Positions 24,165-36,532 of a DNA stretch of 64,000 nucleotides are shown one piece after another (position 1 is the first letter of the stretch; each line of letters opens with the position of its first letter). Source of the DNA: Heterodontus francisci (lineage: Eukaryota); NCBI RefSeq assembly GCF_036365525.1, contig NC_090388.1:61591726-61655725 (forward strand). The letters are read 5' to 3'. The position numbers were made by a program, and so were the translations under genes. The notes beneath the pieces are model-generated. The model did not search any database. It was not told the DNA's origin and saw only the letters and a list, made by a program, of their open reading frames with translations.

Positions 24165-25315
24165 AGCAACCTACAAAGGCTTCTTTGACAGCACTTTCCA
24201 AAGAACAAGAACAAGGGCAGCAGACTCATGGGAACATCACCATCTGCAAGTTCCCCTGGAAGTCACTCACCATCCTGACTTGGAAACAAATCGCCATTCC
24301 TTCATCATAGCTGGGTTAAAATCCTGGAACTCTCTCCTGAACAGCACCGTGGGGGCTGCATTTTAAGAGTCCGACGCCGAAGTAGGTGGCGGACATAAAA
24401 AAATGTGCATCACGTCACAGAGCCACCGCGATTTCAAACGTGGCGGCTCATTTGCATGGCCGCTGTGCCCGCCCCCCACAATCACGTTGAGGGGCCGGAC
24501 GAGCTGCCACAGGCAACAGCATCCAGCACCAATGCACAGGCACCATTTTTAAAGGGCTTACAGCCCTTAATGGAGATTTTAAAATTAAAGGGCCAGGTCA
24601 GTTCAATGACCAAAAAAAAGAATTAAATTATTATTACATTCATTTCCAGACGCCCCCCACCTCCCCCCCCCCCCACCCCATGGCATTTCAAAACATTCCT
24701 GCCCTTTTCCTCCCGGAATTTGTTTATTAAGAATTTGACCTTTCCCCCCCCCACCAAAGTTTCACACCTTTACCCTCTACCCCTTCCCATTAAACCTGCC
24801 CTACCAATCCACAGCAATGTCACCCCATTCCCCCCTTCCGCACAGAAAAAAAATCCTCCTCCCCCCACCCCACCCCACAGGTGTCGCACCACGTTTCCCT
24901 GAACGGGGATTCGAAGGAGCGGCATTGTCGGCCGCCCGAATGAAGATCGGTATGGCAATTCAGGAGGCAATGGGGCCCTCAGTAAATCAGGCATGTAAAT
25001 TAGTTTACATACTCAAATGGGGGTCCCATAGCCGAGCAGCGGGGCAGCCGCCACGAGGCCTCGCCGTTGAGATTGGCACCAGGCCTGTCGCTGTTGGGGT
25101 CGATGGCAGGCCTCCACCACACCGATCTTCATTGCCCCCCACCTCCCGCCATCGTTTTCAATGGCGGAGGGGCTTTAAAATCCAGCCCTGGATGTAGCTA
25201 TACCACACAGACTGCAATGGTTCAAGAAGGAGCTCACCTTCTCAAGGACAATTAGGGATGGGCAATAAATGCTGGACGTGCCAGTGACGCTCACATCCCT
25301 AGAAGGAATAGAAGA
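24165..25315 (+). mobile_element. LINE-B 3' end fragment split by a MITE
   Basis: CAGCACCG|TGG...TGG|ATGTAGCTATACCACAC rejoins to match the sequence at 21269-21295. Confidence 0.85.
24353..25188. mobile_element. Harbinger-type MITE
   Basis: TIRs GGGCTGCATTTTAA / TTAAAATCCAGCCC; 3-bp TSD TGG (24350-24352, 25189-25191); related to 31041-31816. Confidence 0.85.
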
Positions 25316-26297
25316 AAAAGCAAAACTAGTAACTGCCAGCTTAAAAATCTTATTGGGAACAGGGGAGAATAATTTACTAAATGGGGTAAACGTTTAAAGG
25401 AACTAAATAATGTGTACAAATATAAGAGACTCCATGGGCTGTCACAAAGTTATTATCACTGCTCTTCTCCAAATTAATAATTGAAATGGCACCATGTGCA
25501 CACTGTTAAGCTGCTTCAGTTTAGCTTATAAAAGAATAAGTTATGTTTCAATCAAGTGTTTGGTTACCGGGAATATTTAGTAATAAATGCCAACTTAAAG
25601 GTCGCGCTTACAAAAATAGCAAAGATCTCTTTCTTTTTACTTCTGCCGTAACATCATTGGCATTCTGTTGTTTGACTGTGCAGATCAATACTCATGTACT
25701 TACGGCAATGGAAAGCTTAGACAGTGCTGATTAATTCCTCTCGAGTAATTTCCAGCATGACGCAGGCATCATAAAGTGGAGGGGTCTGGAAAGACTTTGA
25801 ATTGAGACTCATTTTCTACGCAAAAGGCTTCTTATAGTAAAGGGCTCAGAGGGGAGTTATTGATTTTATTTAAAAATTCAATAGTCTGTGGCACCAATTT
25901 AATGGAATTTCTTGGCAATTCTGAGACATCAGAATTCAGTACTTGGACACATTTACTCAATTGTTTAAGGTGCTTTCAGTTCCACTGTTCATCCAAGAAC
26001 CTTGATTTTGAGTATTCATTAATTACTCAGAATTGTTGTTGCTCTGTCCAAAATAATCCCAGTATATGTGCAAGTTAAGAAAACAGGAATTGAAGCTGGC
26101 TGGGTGCTCAAGCATTGTAGAGCACCAACAGCCTCTTTCATGGAGTGTTCTAATGCAGTGAATACCCTATCAAGGGAGGTAGTGAACAAAGCCCAAGCAT
26201 GTCAGCAGATTAGAGGGAGAGTCCAGCCAGCAACTCCAAATGTTTGTGGTACCTGGAGTGGCTGTGGATTTATGTTTTGGAATGTAAAGCAGCCTTC

Positions 26298-26433
26298 ATT
26301 TTCTGATGAAAGATCATCGATCTGAAACATAATCTTAGTTTCCCTCTTCACAGAAGCTGCCTGATCTGCTGAGCGTTTGCAGCATTTTCTGTTTTTAATT
26401 CAAATTTCCATTATCTGCAGTATCCTGCTTTTC
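26298..26433 (+). mobile_element. Short Penelope-derived terminal unit with hammerhead core
   Basis: CTGATGA-A-AGATC(ATC)GATCT-GAAAC then CACAGAAGCTGCCTGATCTGCTGAG..ATCTGCAGTAT. Confidence 0.8.
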
Positions 26434-26723
26434 CTTCATTTTTCTTATCGTTTCCAAACTTTCCCATGGGAAATTTCACGTTGGAACCCATGTATTGCCT
26501 CATTAGCACAAATGTCTTCAACCATTGTGGTCCCTGAGTTTTGCCAAATGGTTTGTCAGGTGACAGGGGCATGTTTTACCAGACAATGATGCAAGGCCAG
26601 GCTTATCAAGGTCAGCTGACACAAAGACAATGAAAAGTGATACATCGGTGCAATTGGAACACTTCCATTTTGGGATTAAAACACACATGTGCACATGTGA
26701 ACTCAATACTCATATCTGCATGG

Positions 26724-27661
26724 TGTCATGCAGGCCCCTACCTGCCAAGAATGAGACACATTAATTTTACCACATGAACATTGATTTTTAAACTGTTAAC
26801 TGCAGTAAAGAAAGAACTTGCTTTTAAAAAAGATACACCAGACCCTTGACTGGAAAGAAATTTGCATATTTACAGACAGTGCTGAAAAAGGACAAAAGAC
26901 CATTTCCTGACACCTTCAATCCAGAATGAACTTTTGATTACCTGACCTTGAGGGTGGAGGTGCTCGCATTCCAGGTTAACTGCTAAAATGGCAGAATACA
27001 CAAACAGATGTGATCAGACCAGTTTAGTCACATGACTAACTGGCTGTTGGAGTTTTTTGGATTTGAATTTGCCACAGAGTTTTAAACTGGCAGAAAGCTC
27101 CTAACTCCTGGATTGAGAACATCTGACTCCTGGCTGATGTTCATCTTTTTCTCACCAGCTTCGGAATCCACTGAAGACATATGAACCCCAAGAGGGAAAA
27201 GCCTCCTAGAGTGAACAAGGTTTAAGAAGAATACTGGGCCCCAACGAAAAGCAAGATCTACCTACAAGCAAGGACTACAGTGATCTCAAAGCACAGTAAC
27301 AAAAACCCCTCTTCAGAGATTGCCTCAAACCTTTTCACTTTATTCTTCTTCTGCTCTTTTCTGTCTCTATTTGCATGTGCGTATCACGTATGCATGCTAG
27401 CGTGGGGCGCGGCATGTATCTGTAGACATTAACCAAATTAGAGTTTAAGTTTAAGCTTTAATAAATTTCACTTTTCTTCTTTAAACCTAAGAAAGCCTAT
27501 TTGTGCTCATTTCGTTGCTTTATAATTGGCAAGTGGTGAACAAAGATTCATCAAAGGGGGAAGCTCAAAACACAGTGTGTTTAAAAATTAAATCCTGTTA
27601 CAGTAAGACCAGATGATGGCTGAAAGCGACCCCTAGACACCTTTCTCAGCTGGTCATAACA
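26724..27661 (+). mobile_element. Solo LTR, family B
   Basis: TGTCATG...CATAACA ends, AATAAA near 27460, collinear with 62897-63744; TSD not preserved. Confidence 0.8.
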
Positions 27662-28747
27662 TCATTGTGTATACTTTTGCCTTTTGTGTGTTTGTTGGTA
27701 AAATGGTAAGACAATAGCAGAGTTTGTGAGTACTTTACTTCCTTGGCTACTGAATGGTGGCAGATGTTTGGCAAGTAACTGTGCAGATTTACCTCTGTGG
27801 TTGAGCATATGCAAGGGTTTCTACTCAAATTAGTGCAGATGGCTAAAATGGTGTCACACTAGACACACTTGTGACTTGTCAACAATTCCTATTGGACAAC
27901 ACTGGATTAGAGACAGGATCAGTCATCCCAGTCCTGGCAGCCCAGAGTTGAGCCCTAGTTAACTATCCTGGTCATATAAGGAAATATAGTTTGTTATTAC
28001 TAATTGTTGCATCACATCATCCAGCGAATTAATCATTGAAAGAAGACAACCAATGTATAAAACAAAAAGCAAAAAGGACCTTAGAACTGAAACATTAACC
28101 TAACCTTTTTCTCCTTAAATGCTGATTGAACTGTTGAGTGCTTCCAGCTCGTCTATTTTTATAATCAATCTATAAACATGTTCATCAGCACATTCCTGTA
28201 AATAGCCATTAAAGACACAGTTCAAGTACACACTGTGCTTACTAGGAATAAAATAAGCCATGTTAAAAGATGTCCAAGGGTACAGAGTGAAATTAAGGGC
28301 ACTTTGCTTCTAACACACAGGGTGTTGATGACTTGCCAGTGGAAGAACACAATCCTTGTGGTGTCTCAAGCTGTGAAAATAGCTTGATTGTACAATATGT
28401 TCTGTTTATTGGCTCAATTACTTTAGTTAAATATTTACAAAGTTGAGGTAAGGGCTTGTCAGATATGAATTGTGCTTATATAGCCATCTACATAAAAGAT
28501 ATACAACAATACTTAGTCAAAGTCTCCAGAATTGTTTGCACCCATTTGAAAGGGAGAGTGAAGTCTCCGAAAGGTTTTGATCTCGTACAAATACTTTCTC
28601 CTCTAAGTGCCTTTTATTTTTACCAAAAAGCCGCCAGACCTGTCACTGGCCTACAGCAGTCTGCGTAATTCCAATGAAAATGAGCTTCACAAATAAATTG
28701 TACTCTCCACCAGGTATCAAAATTATTTAACTGAATAAAAGGACAAA

Positions 28748-29410
28748 GTGCTAAAAATTTACAGGGGTGGGTGGGTGGAACAGAGGGAGTGGATGTGCCA
28801 GGATGCACCAGCCTGGTACTTCCGCCACTGACTCTACCAGCACTTGTTGACTTAGAGGGAGGTCTTCTGTCTTACATCCCCCTGACTGGCCCCCATGCCA
28901 TGAGATGCACATTTGGGGCATCCACCAGTTCCTAGAGGCTGGAATTCCCAGCACAGCTTTGCTGGTCTTGGGGGTGGGAGGTAGCCAAGTCCATCCACAT
29001 AAGGAACTCAGCTTGATCCCAGCACACCCCCTTTGTAAAGAGGGTTCATTTTAAACAAAAATTGCCTTTCCTTTTGAGGATCCAAGCCACCACCAGGTTG
29101 AGCCCACATCTGCCATTTTGATTGCTGGCACCACTGCCAATTAAATGTTTGGTTCCTCTGAGGACTGAAGAAGGAAATCCTCACTCTCAGGCCTACACTC
29201 TCCCATTCCCCCTGCATCAATGATCTTGTTTGGGACAGGAGGAGGCTTCACTCGCAATAGCCTATCAAGGAAACTCCCATGTAACTGGCGCCTGACGCGA
29301 TTTCCAGCCCTTCCACTGCACTGCAGCCTCTGGAAGAGCTGTGGACTTTGGGCCCTCAAATGTCCTGGTCTGAAAGTTATATTCGAGCCATAGTTCTTTC
29401 GAAATTTCTT
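28748..29410. mobile_element. Probable degenerate Harbinger-type MITE
   Basis: GC-rich island starting GTGCTAAAAATTTACAGGGG, with motifs like the other MITEs; right end unclear. Confidence 0.35.
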
Positions 29411-30479
29411 CTGGATTTATTCACTCGGAGGTGCTGAACACTTCGTCGAATAACCAGCCCTGGGCCCTATCTCGCAGCCTCAGCGGTGCTGTCATGAAGA
29501 TTCACAGTCTGCATTTTCCTTAAAGGTTATGGAGCAAAGTGCACGATTAGGGGTCCGATTTTCAAAACACACAGCGTTTCCTTACAGGATTCCTTGATTT
29601 AATCAAACTGGTGCTAATTGCAAGGAAGGCTTTGGACAGGAGCAAAAGAAATCATCAATTTACATTGTTGACCTGTAATCCTTGTTAGGGAAAAGGACAT
29701 CTGGGCAACCCAAATGATCTAAATATATAAATAAGTGAAGCGAGAGACAGTAATTCAATTGAGAGAATTACTAATTATTAATGACTAAATAATCATATTC
29801 CATTACTACCTCCAACTTGTTTCTTTAGAGCCCAGAGCTCATTCAGTAATAGAAAATCCTCTGTTGCTCTTGACGTGATGAAACTAGTGATGATTTGGTT
29901 CCACTCTGCTGTTATGATGCCTCCTAAAGGTTGTTCATACCCCAGGTATGCTAAAAAGCCTACAAATCTAATTGGTGTTAATTATTCATTAATTATTTGG
30001 TGAATTCACAGAGCTCAATTAAATAATTGCATGTAGCGTGGCTCGGTATTTCTGTGCTGTACATTGCGAATGAATTTTTTAACTGTCTGAAGGATAATAG
30101 ATATGAATTGCATACATCTGTAAAGATTTTATAATATAGATTGTTACTATTCATGTCTCATTAAAAATCATAAGACTGCACATACATCCTGAAGGGTTGA
30201 GAGAGAAATGAGATTTAGAGAGGAGGGTTTGAGAAAGGAATGAGAAACGGTTAAGATAGAGAGGGGTAGATTAAGAGATAGACAATGAGAGTCATGAATA
30301 AATAAGCAGATAGGCAGGTTCTTTCCTCATTCTAATTTGATCTTGTTTTCAAAAAGTCAGTTGAATTTAGAAAACAAACAAATCTTTGCAGGAAATATAT
30401 CAGAAGGAAGGATTGGATTGGAAGAAAACTTGTTGAGTTTGAAGGGTTTTTGGTTTCCCACTTCCTACTGTTGGGGTGA

Positions 30480-30680
30480 CCATGTAGGAATGAGGGACTG
30501 GATGGAAGGTTAATGGTAGTTGAGTCACCGTGGTACAAGTAGAAGTGGAGAATACAGGGATTGAGTGCATATATCAAAGTTAAAAAGGTAGGGTTAATGA
30601 TGGGAATGAGGGAGAAGCGGGAATGTGAAAGGGGAGTGGATGCAATGGAAGTGAGGGTTGGGCCATATCACCCACTACTT
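30480..30680 (-). mobile_element. Possible highly decayed Penelope RT-EN linker fragment
   Basis: Minus-strand ILHFYLYHGDSTTINLPSSP loosely resembles the PLE linker pattern (..RHF..LQ.D.TT..IFPSPP). Confidence 0.3.
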
Positions 30681-31040
30681 TCCACCAGAATGAAGGGGGA
30701 GAGAGACAGAAGCAGAAGACGACAGAAAGAGAAGCAAAAAAATTGAGAGAGCGGAAGAGGAGAAAGACAGAGACAGAATCAGAAGAAGCGAATCAGACAG
30801 AAATTGCAACATGAAGACTTCTGTGAAGAGTAAGATAATGAACATATTTTCCAACTTAGCATGAAAAAAGCCATTGGAGATCAACATATAATATATTAAA
30901 AATCTTATTTGTTCATGCACTTCCAGTCAGCTGTTTCCAATGCAACTTCTTTGTCCTCATTGTCAGCCTTTGCTCAGAGGGTATCAGTCTTACTTTTGAG
31001 TCAGATGGTTGTGGAATCAAATTCCATGCCCAGAGACATG

Positions 31041-31816
31041 GGGCTGGATTTTCTTCTCCCCCTGCTGAGAGCTGCAGCGAGTGAACAAAATGGCAGCTTG
31101 CACGTGTGGGCCATGCGCCATCATGCTGCCGTGATCTTCCTCGTGGCAGCCCAAGAAAATGAGCTGGTCGGGCCGCCAACTGCCCAATCACATGGAGGGG
31201 GCAGGCTCTCCAATGCTGGCAATGGCATCAGCTGCCTGTGCTCAGGCACTGCTGCCATTTTTAAAGGGCAGCCAGCCCTGCCAGATCATTTAAAATTTTA
31301 AAGGGCTATGCCCTTTAAAAAATCTATTGCCCCTTTCTCTCCCCCAATAGCAATTAAATTCAATATTTGCTCCCTACCCACCCACCCCCCCCCACCCCCA
31401 CACAAAACACTTATCTTCAACACTTGACCTTCCCCCAACAAATAACAAAATGCAGAGGTCACCCCTTCCCACCCTCCCCTACACTAGTCATTGACATTTG
31501 ACCCCCCTCCCCACCACTGCAATAAAAATCATAAGCTCCCCCTTCCCCACCACAGTGGCACTGCTTTCCCTAGATGGGAAAGTAAAGGTGTGGGAGTGCT
31601 GGCCACTGCTCCGAAGATTGCGAGCTGAAGGTAAGATCGCCGTGTATTGTATTAAAATGTATTCATTTAATCAATTTAAATCTGCTACTCCAGGTCCCGC
31701 CGCTGGGAAGATCAGGAAGCTCCGTGGCACGCCACTGCCGAAATGATCTTCCACGCCCCACCCCACCCCACCCCACCTCGGAGCCCGATGTTGGGAGCTC
31801 AGTAAAATCCCAGCCG
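31041..31816. mobile_element. Harbinger-type MITE
   Basis: TIRs GGGCTGGATTTT / AAAATCCCAGCC; internal GCCATTTTTAAAGGGC..CAGCCCT shared with 24353-25188. Confidence 0.8.
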
Positions 31817-32017
31817 CGAGCACATAAACCGAGCTGACACTCCACTCCCGCACTGAGAGTGCTGCACTGTCAAAGGTGCTACCTTTCGGATGAAAAATTA
31901 AAATGACGCCCTTGCAGGTGGATATGAAAGATTCCATGGCACTATTGGATCTATATGAAGATGAGTGGGGGAGTTCTCCCAATTATAACCCTCAACCAAC
32001 ATTACTAAACCAAATGA

Positions 32018-32152
32018 GTTCTGATGAAGGGTCACTGACCTGAAAAGTTAACTCTGCTTCTCTCTCCACAGATGCTGCCAGACCTGCTGCGTATTTCCAG
32101 CATTTTTTTGTTTTTATTTTGGATTCCAGCATCTGCAGTATCTTGCTTTTAT
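32018..32152 (+). mobile_element. Stand-alone ~135-bp Penelope-derived hammerhead unit with 17-bp TSD
   Basis: TSD ATTACTAAACCAAATGA at 32001-32017 and 32153-32169; (GA)GTT-CTGATGA-A-GGGTC(ACT)GACCT-GAAAA-GTT-AACTC. Confidence 0.9.
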
Positions 32153-34069
32153 ATTACTAAACCAAATGATCTGCCATTATCACATTGCTGTTGTAGGACC
32201 TTACTGTGCACAAATTGTTTGGTGTGTTTCCTACATAACAACAGTAGCTAAAATTCAAAAAGCATTTCATTGGCTTTATAGTGCTTTGGGATGTCGTGAA
32301 GTTGTGAAAAATCTCCCTCTCTGTCTCTCTCATATTCCTGCAGTGACTCACTCACACATTTAGAGCTGAATTTTGCACTCCTGCTTAAGGCAGGTTTGGT
32401 GGGGTGGGGGCGGGAACGGAGAATTGCTGTGGAACCGGCTGCCCTGAAACCCAGTGCCGTACCGCTGTGTCCAATTTTGTCAGAGACAGGGAAGTACCTT
32501 GGCAGTATTGATGCACTGACATGACAGCAACCTAATTTAAATTGGTGAAATGCTGTTTAGCATTAATTTAAATGTAATTATCTTCGATTTAATGACTGGA
32601 CCATGATTTTGTGAATGGCATGCGGCACTCACTTGCCTTCAGCTTTGTGACTATTAAAAGCTGGCGGCACCACAGCGAGAGGCCTCAGTTACAGGGAGGA
32701 ATCCTGACCATTGCAACCAAGGGGAAGTTGGGGGGTGGGGGCATTCTGTGACCATTGCTGCTCCGCTGATGCAGGGTCTGCAAGGGGGTAGTGTGCACCG
32801 GAGGCTCTGCAAGGGTCTAGGTTGTGTTTATTGGGGGACTATTGGAGGGTATCACAAATGTCTCACATAGCTGGAAAAGATGGTAGCCCAACAGTAACAT
32901 TTGGTCTTGAGGCACATCAGGCTTCCAAACAAACAAAGATCGAAAAGCATAGTTGTCAAGGCAGGCTCTTCTCTGCATCTGAAGAAATCCAAAGGGCCGG
33001 GATACCTGCCATGGGTCTCATACACCCTGTGTTTTTGGATCCCCTTGGCGTGTTGAGGCACCTCCGATGGAGACAGGCCCAAGAGACAGCTGTGCCTGAT
33101 CCTGAAGCTCCACAATGAAAGAAGCAGCAGCCGGCCAGGCCCAGAAGGATCCACATGTGCCAGAGAGTCTATGGGACTCGCATCACCTACCTCCAAATGT
33201 CCGAGCGACACTGTCAGCGAAGACTATGTCTCTCCAGGGAGGCCATCACCGATTTATGCAGTCTTCTGCAGGACGATTTTCAACCTCTGGGATTTGGGGG
33301 TTCACACTATGACAGTGGCCTTAAAGATTACCTTGGCACAAAACTTCTGTGCATTTTGATCTGTCCAGGGATCCACAGGGGACATGTATGGGGTCTCCCA
33401 GGCTGCAGCCCATCGCTGCATCAAGCAGGTGAGGCAATCAAAGCCCTGTTCAAAAGGGATAGCTACTATGGGCGCTACCAGACCGACCCTGACAGTCAGG
33501 CAGAGAGGGCCATCGGTTTCAGAGCCGTAGCTGGATTCTCACGGGGGTGCAAGGTGTTGCACGCATGTGACCATCAAGGATCCCATGGACCAGCCAGCTG
33601 TTTCATCAACAGGAAGGGTTTCCTTTCAATCATGGTACAACTGGTGTGTGGCCACCGAAAGCGTTTTCTGCAGGGGTGTGCCCGCTTCCTGGGAAGCAGT
33701 CATGACGCCTACATACTTCGACAGTCCCAGGTGCTACAGCTTTTCGGCCCCCTGCTCACCTTCAGGGATGGATTCTCAGGGATAAGGGCTATCCATTGAA
33801 GATGTGGCTACTGATGCCTGTGAGGAACCCTCGCACTGCAGCAGAGGAGAGGTACAACACTTGCCACAGCTCCACCCGAATGACCATTGAGCAGGCTATT
33901 GGGCTGCTGAAGATGAGGTTCCGCTGTCTTGATTGATATGGTAGAACCCTGCAGTATGCCCCAGAGAGGGTCTCACGTATTGTGGTGGCCTGCTGTGCTC
34001 TTACGTGAGGCAGATATGCCTGAGTAGCAAACATCCTCCGGCGAAGAGAGATAGGGCCAAGCAGCTATG

Positions 34070-36107
34070 TGTAACATACAGGTGAGAATGTGGCTGGTCT
34101 GATTAGTAAGTTTGCGGACGACACAAAGGTTGGTGGAGTTGCAGATAGTGATGAGGATTGTCAGAGGATACAGCAGGATATAGATCGGTTGGAGACTTGG
34201 GCGGAGAAATGGCAGATGGAGTTTAATTCGGACAAATGTGAGGTAATGCATTTTGGAAGGTCTAATGCAGGTGGGAAGTATACAGTAAATGGCAGAACCC
34301 TTAGGAGTATTGACAGGCAGAGAGATCTGGGCGTACAGGTCCACAGGTCATTGAAAGTGGCAACGCAGGTGGATAAGGTAGTCAAGAAGGCATACGGCAT
34401 GCTTGCCTTCATCGGTCGGGGCATAGAATATAAAAATAGGCAAGTCATGCTGCAGCTGTACAGAACTTTAGTTAGGCCACACTTAGAATATTGCGTGCAA
34501 TTCTGGTCGCCACACTACCAGAAGGACGTGGAGGCTTTGGAGAGGGTACAGAAGAAGTTTACTAGGATGTTGCCTGGTCTGGAGGGCATTAGCTATGAGG
34601 AGAGGTTGGAAAAACTTGGATTGTTTTCACTGGAACGACAGAGGTGGAGGGGCGACATGATAGAGGTTTACAAAGTTATAAGCGGCATGGACAGAGTGGA
34701 TAGTCAGAAGCTTTTTCCCAGGGTGGAAGAGTCAGTTACTAGGGGACATAGGTTTAAGGTGAGAGGGGCAAAGTTTAGAGGGGATGTGTGAGGCAAGTTC
34801 TTTACACAGAGGGTGGTGAGTACCTGGAACTTGCTGCCGGGGGAGGTGGTGGAAGCAGGTACGATAGCGGCGTTTAAGAGGCATCTTGATAAATACATGA
34901 ATAGGATGGGAATAGAGGGATACGGTCCCTGGAAATACAGAAGGTTTTAGTTTAGAAAGGCATCAAGATCGGCGCAGGCTTGGAGGGCCGAATGGCCTGT
35001 TCCTGTGCTGTACTGTTCTTTGTTCTTTGTTCTTTGAGAAGAGGTGTGGGTGACTTCCACTTTTCTCCTTTCAGCTGACCATAATTAGTGTTCTAAAAAT
35101 AATGCTACAGTCCCTGATAAGGGTGAAATAAATTGACAAACGACAAGTTTTCTCTTAGGTGAAAGAAGGAAGATAAATATTTTTACACAATGACCGAAAA
35201 ATATTCAAGACTTCACCCACTCACGCATTCACACACATACACACACAAGAAAAGATAGCGAGCAGAGAGGTAGCATGCAATAAGAGTCCAATTGTTATAA
35301 AAGAGCTCGTTTTAAGAAAACCTTTAGAAGATTTTCAGGAGGAAATCTTTCAGCAGTGATGGCCTGAATGATTGTTGTCTTGAAAAGGATGACGTGCCAC
35401 AAGCTCCTTGTGGTTAAGCCTCAATCCGAAGTTGATAGTGGAAATCTTGGTTCACTTTTGCAGTTGGGGAGTTTCAAAGTCACCTTGCAATTTCTCTGCT
35501 GCAGTGGTTAAAATATGTTATCAGCAGGGCTCCTGCTTAGCCAGAACTGTCTCACAGCTGTTCTGGCTAGAAAAGACCTTCTCTGGCTATTCTGCCTCTG
35601 TCTCTCCAAGAGATACCTTTTAAGGTGGGATCTTGTCAGGTTGGGGTGTCGGTCAGGTGACCAAGGGCTGTCTCCCTGGGGTGATTCATACAATGTTCCA
35701 GGAAATGGGAACCCCCATTGTAACATGATGGTGTCTGAATGTGTTCCATTTTGCTAAATAGGTGTTTATTTCACACCTGTTATTTTGGCTTTGGCCTTGG
35801 AGTCAGTCTGTCTGCAAAAGTCTTTGCTAGCTCCATTCCTGCAGATAGGAGTTGTTAGCATGGAATAGGCTGTTTTCCATTTCAATGTGTTATCCCCAAA
35901 GCTAATTCGGACATAGATAATGGGTATCGTCTTCAACGGATTAACATGTTTATTGACAGTATAACAGTGGTCACCTGGCCTCTAGTTCATCTTGCCTGTA
36001 GCACAAATGTGTCCTTTTTTTGTAGTTCAGTTCAACAGTTGACGTTTATTTCATAATTCCTCCAGTTTGTTGCATATTTCATCACTGTATCCTCCATGAG
36101 CGTGACA
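34070..36107 (-). mobile_element. Solo LTR, family C (end related to family B), interrupted by CR1
   Basis: TGTAACA...CGTGACA termini; flanks TATG and TACA; TGTAACATACAGGTGAGAA|GAGG resembles the reverse complement of 63720-63744. Confidence 0.75.
34089..35034 (+). mobile_element. CR1 LINE 3' part, young
   Basis: 233-aa frame KFADDTK..LVRPHLEYCVQFWSPHY..TRGH; (TGTTCTT)n tail; TSD TGAGAA at 34083-34088 and 35035-35040. Confidence 0.95.
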
Positions 36108-36532
36108 TACAGAAGATAATAACACAGTGATGGAGGCTAGACATGGTGAGCGATGCACAAAGGAGGCAAGAGACAGCCTGATAATGATCTGCTTTCAGCC
36201 ACCTTGATGTCTACTCAATAAAAATCCAACAAAGACTGACCTTTGTGCATGTATACTTCCGCCTCCTTTCCATCTGTGTTACCTGAATGCATTGTGCGCT
36301 AGTGTCCATGGGAAGGGATATGTTAATGAAATCTGCAGTCACATTGCCATGATAATGAGGGCCATGGTCACATTGGCACTGCACTAAGAGGTAGGGTGGA
36401 ATTCAGAGGCTCACAATTAAGGCATGTTGGAACATGGTTTTCACACAATGATGACTAATGATTGGCACATTAGAGCATTTAATTACATTCCCCATAACAT
36501 ATTAGCGTCACCTATGATTTATCCATGGGTGG

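Larger units (their letters stand above)
30961..32310 (+). mobile_element. Near full-length Deu-domain SINE interrupted by a MITE and a Penelope-derived unit
   Basis: tRNA-like head at 30961-31040; Deu core GCTGACACTCC..GAGTGCTGCACTGTC..CTTTCGGATGA..GATTCCATGGCACTATT at 31833-31950; tail 32170-32310. Confidence 0.85.
33010..36206 (+). pseudogene. Harbinger DDE transposase relic (33010-34069 and 36108-36206)
   Basis: [93 protein letters not shown]; frameshifted. Confidence 0.9.

Noticed and set aside
28075-28165. Additional hammerhead unit
   Set aside because: Tail resembles the Penelope unit but the CTGATGA core and stem II are lost; too decayed to call
33155-33799. 214-aa HARBI1-like ORF as a domesticated host gene
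   Set aside because: It drifts in and out of the transposase frame, is followed by stops and an LTR insertion, and lies within TIR/TSD-bounded transposon ends
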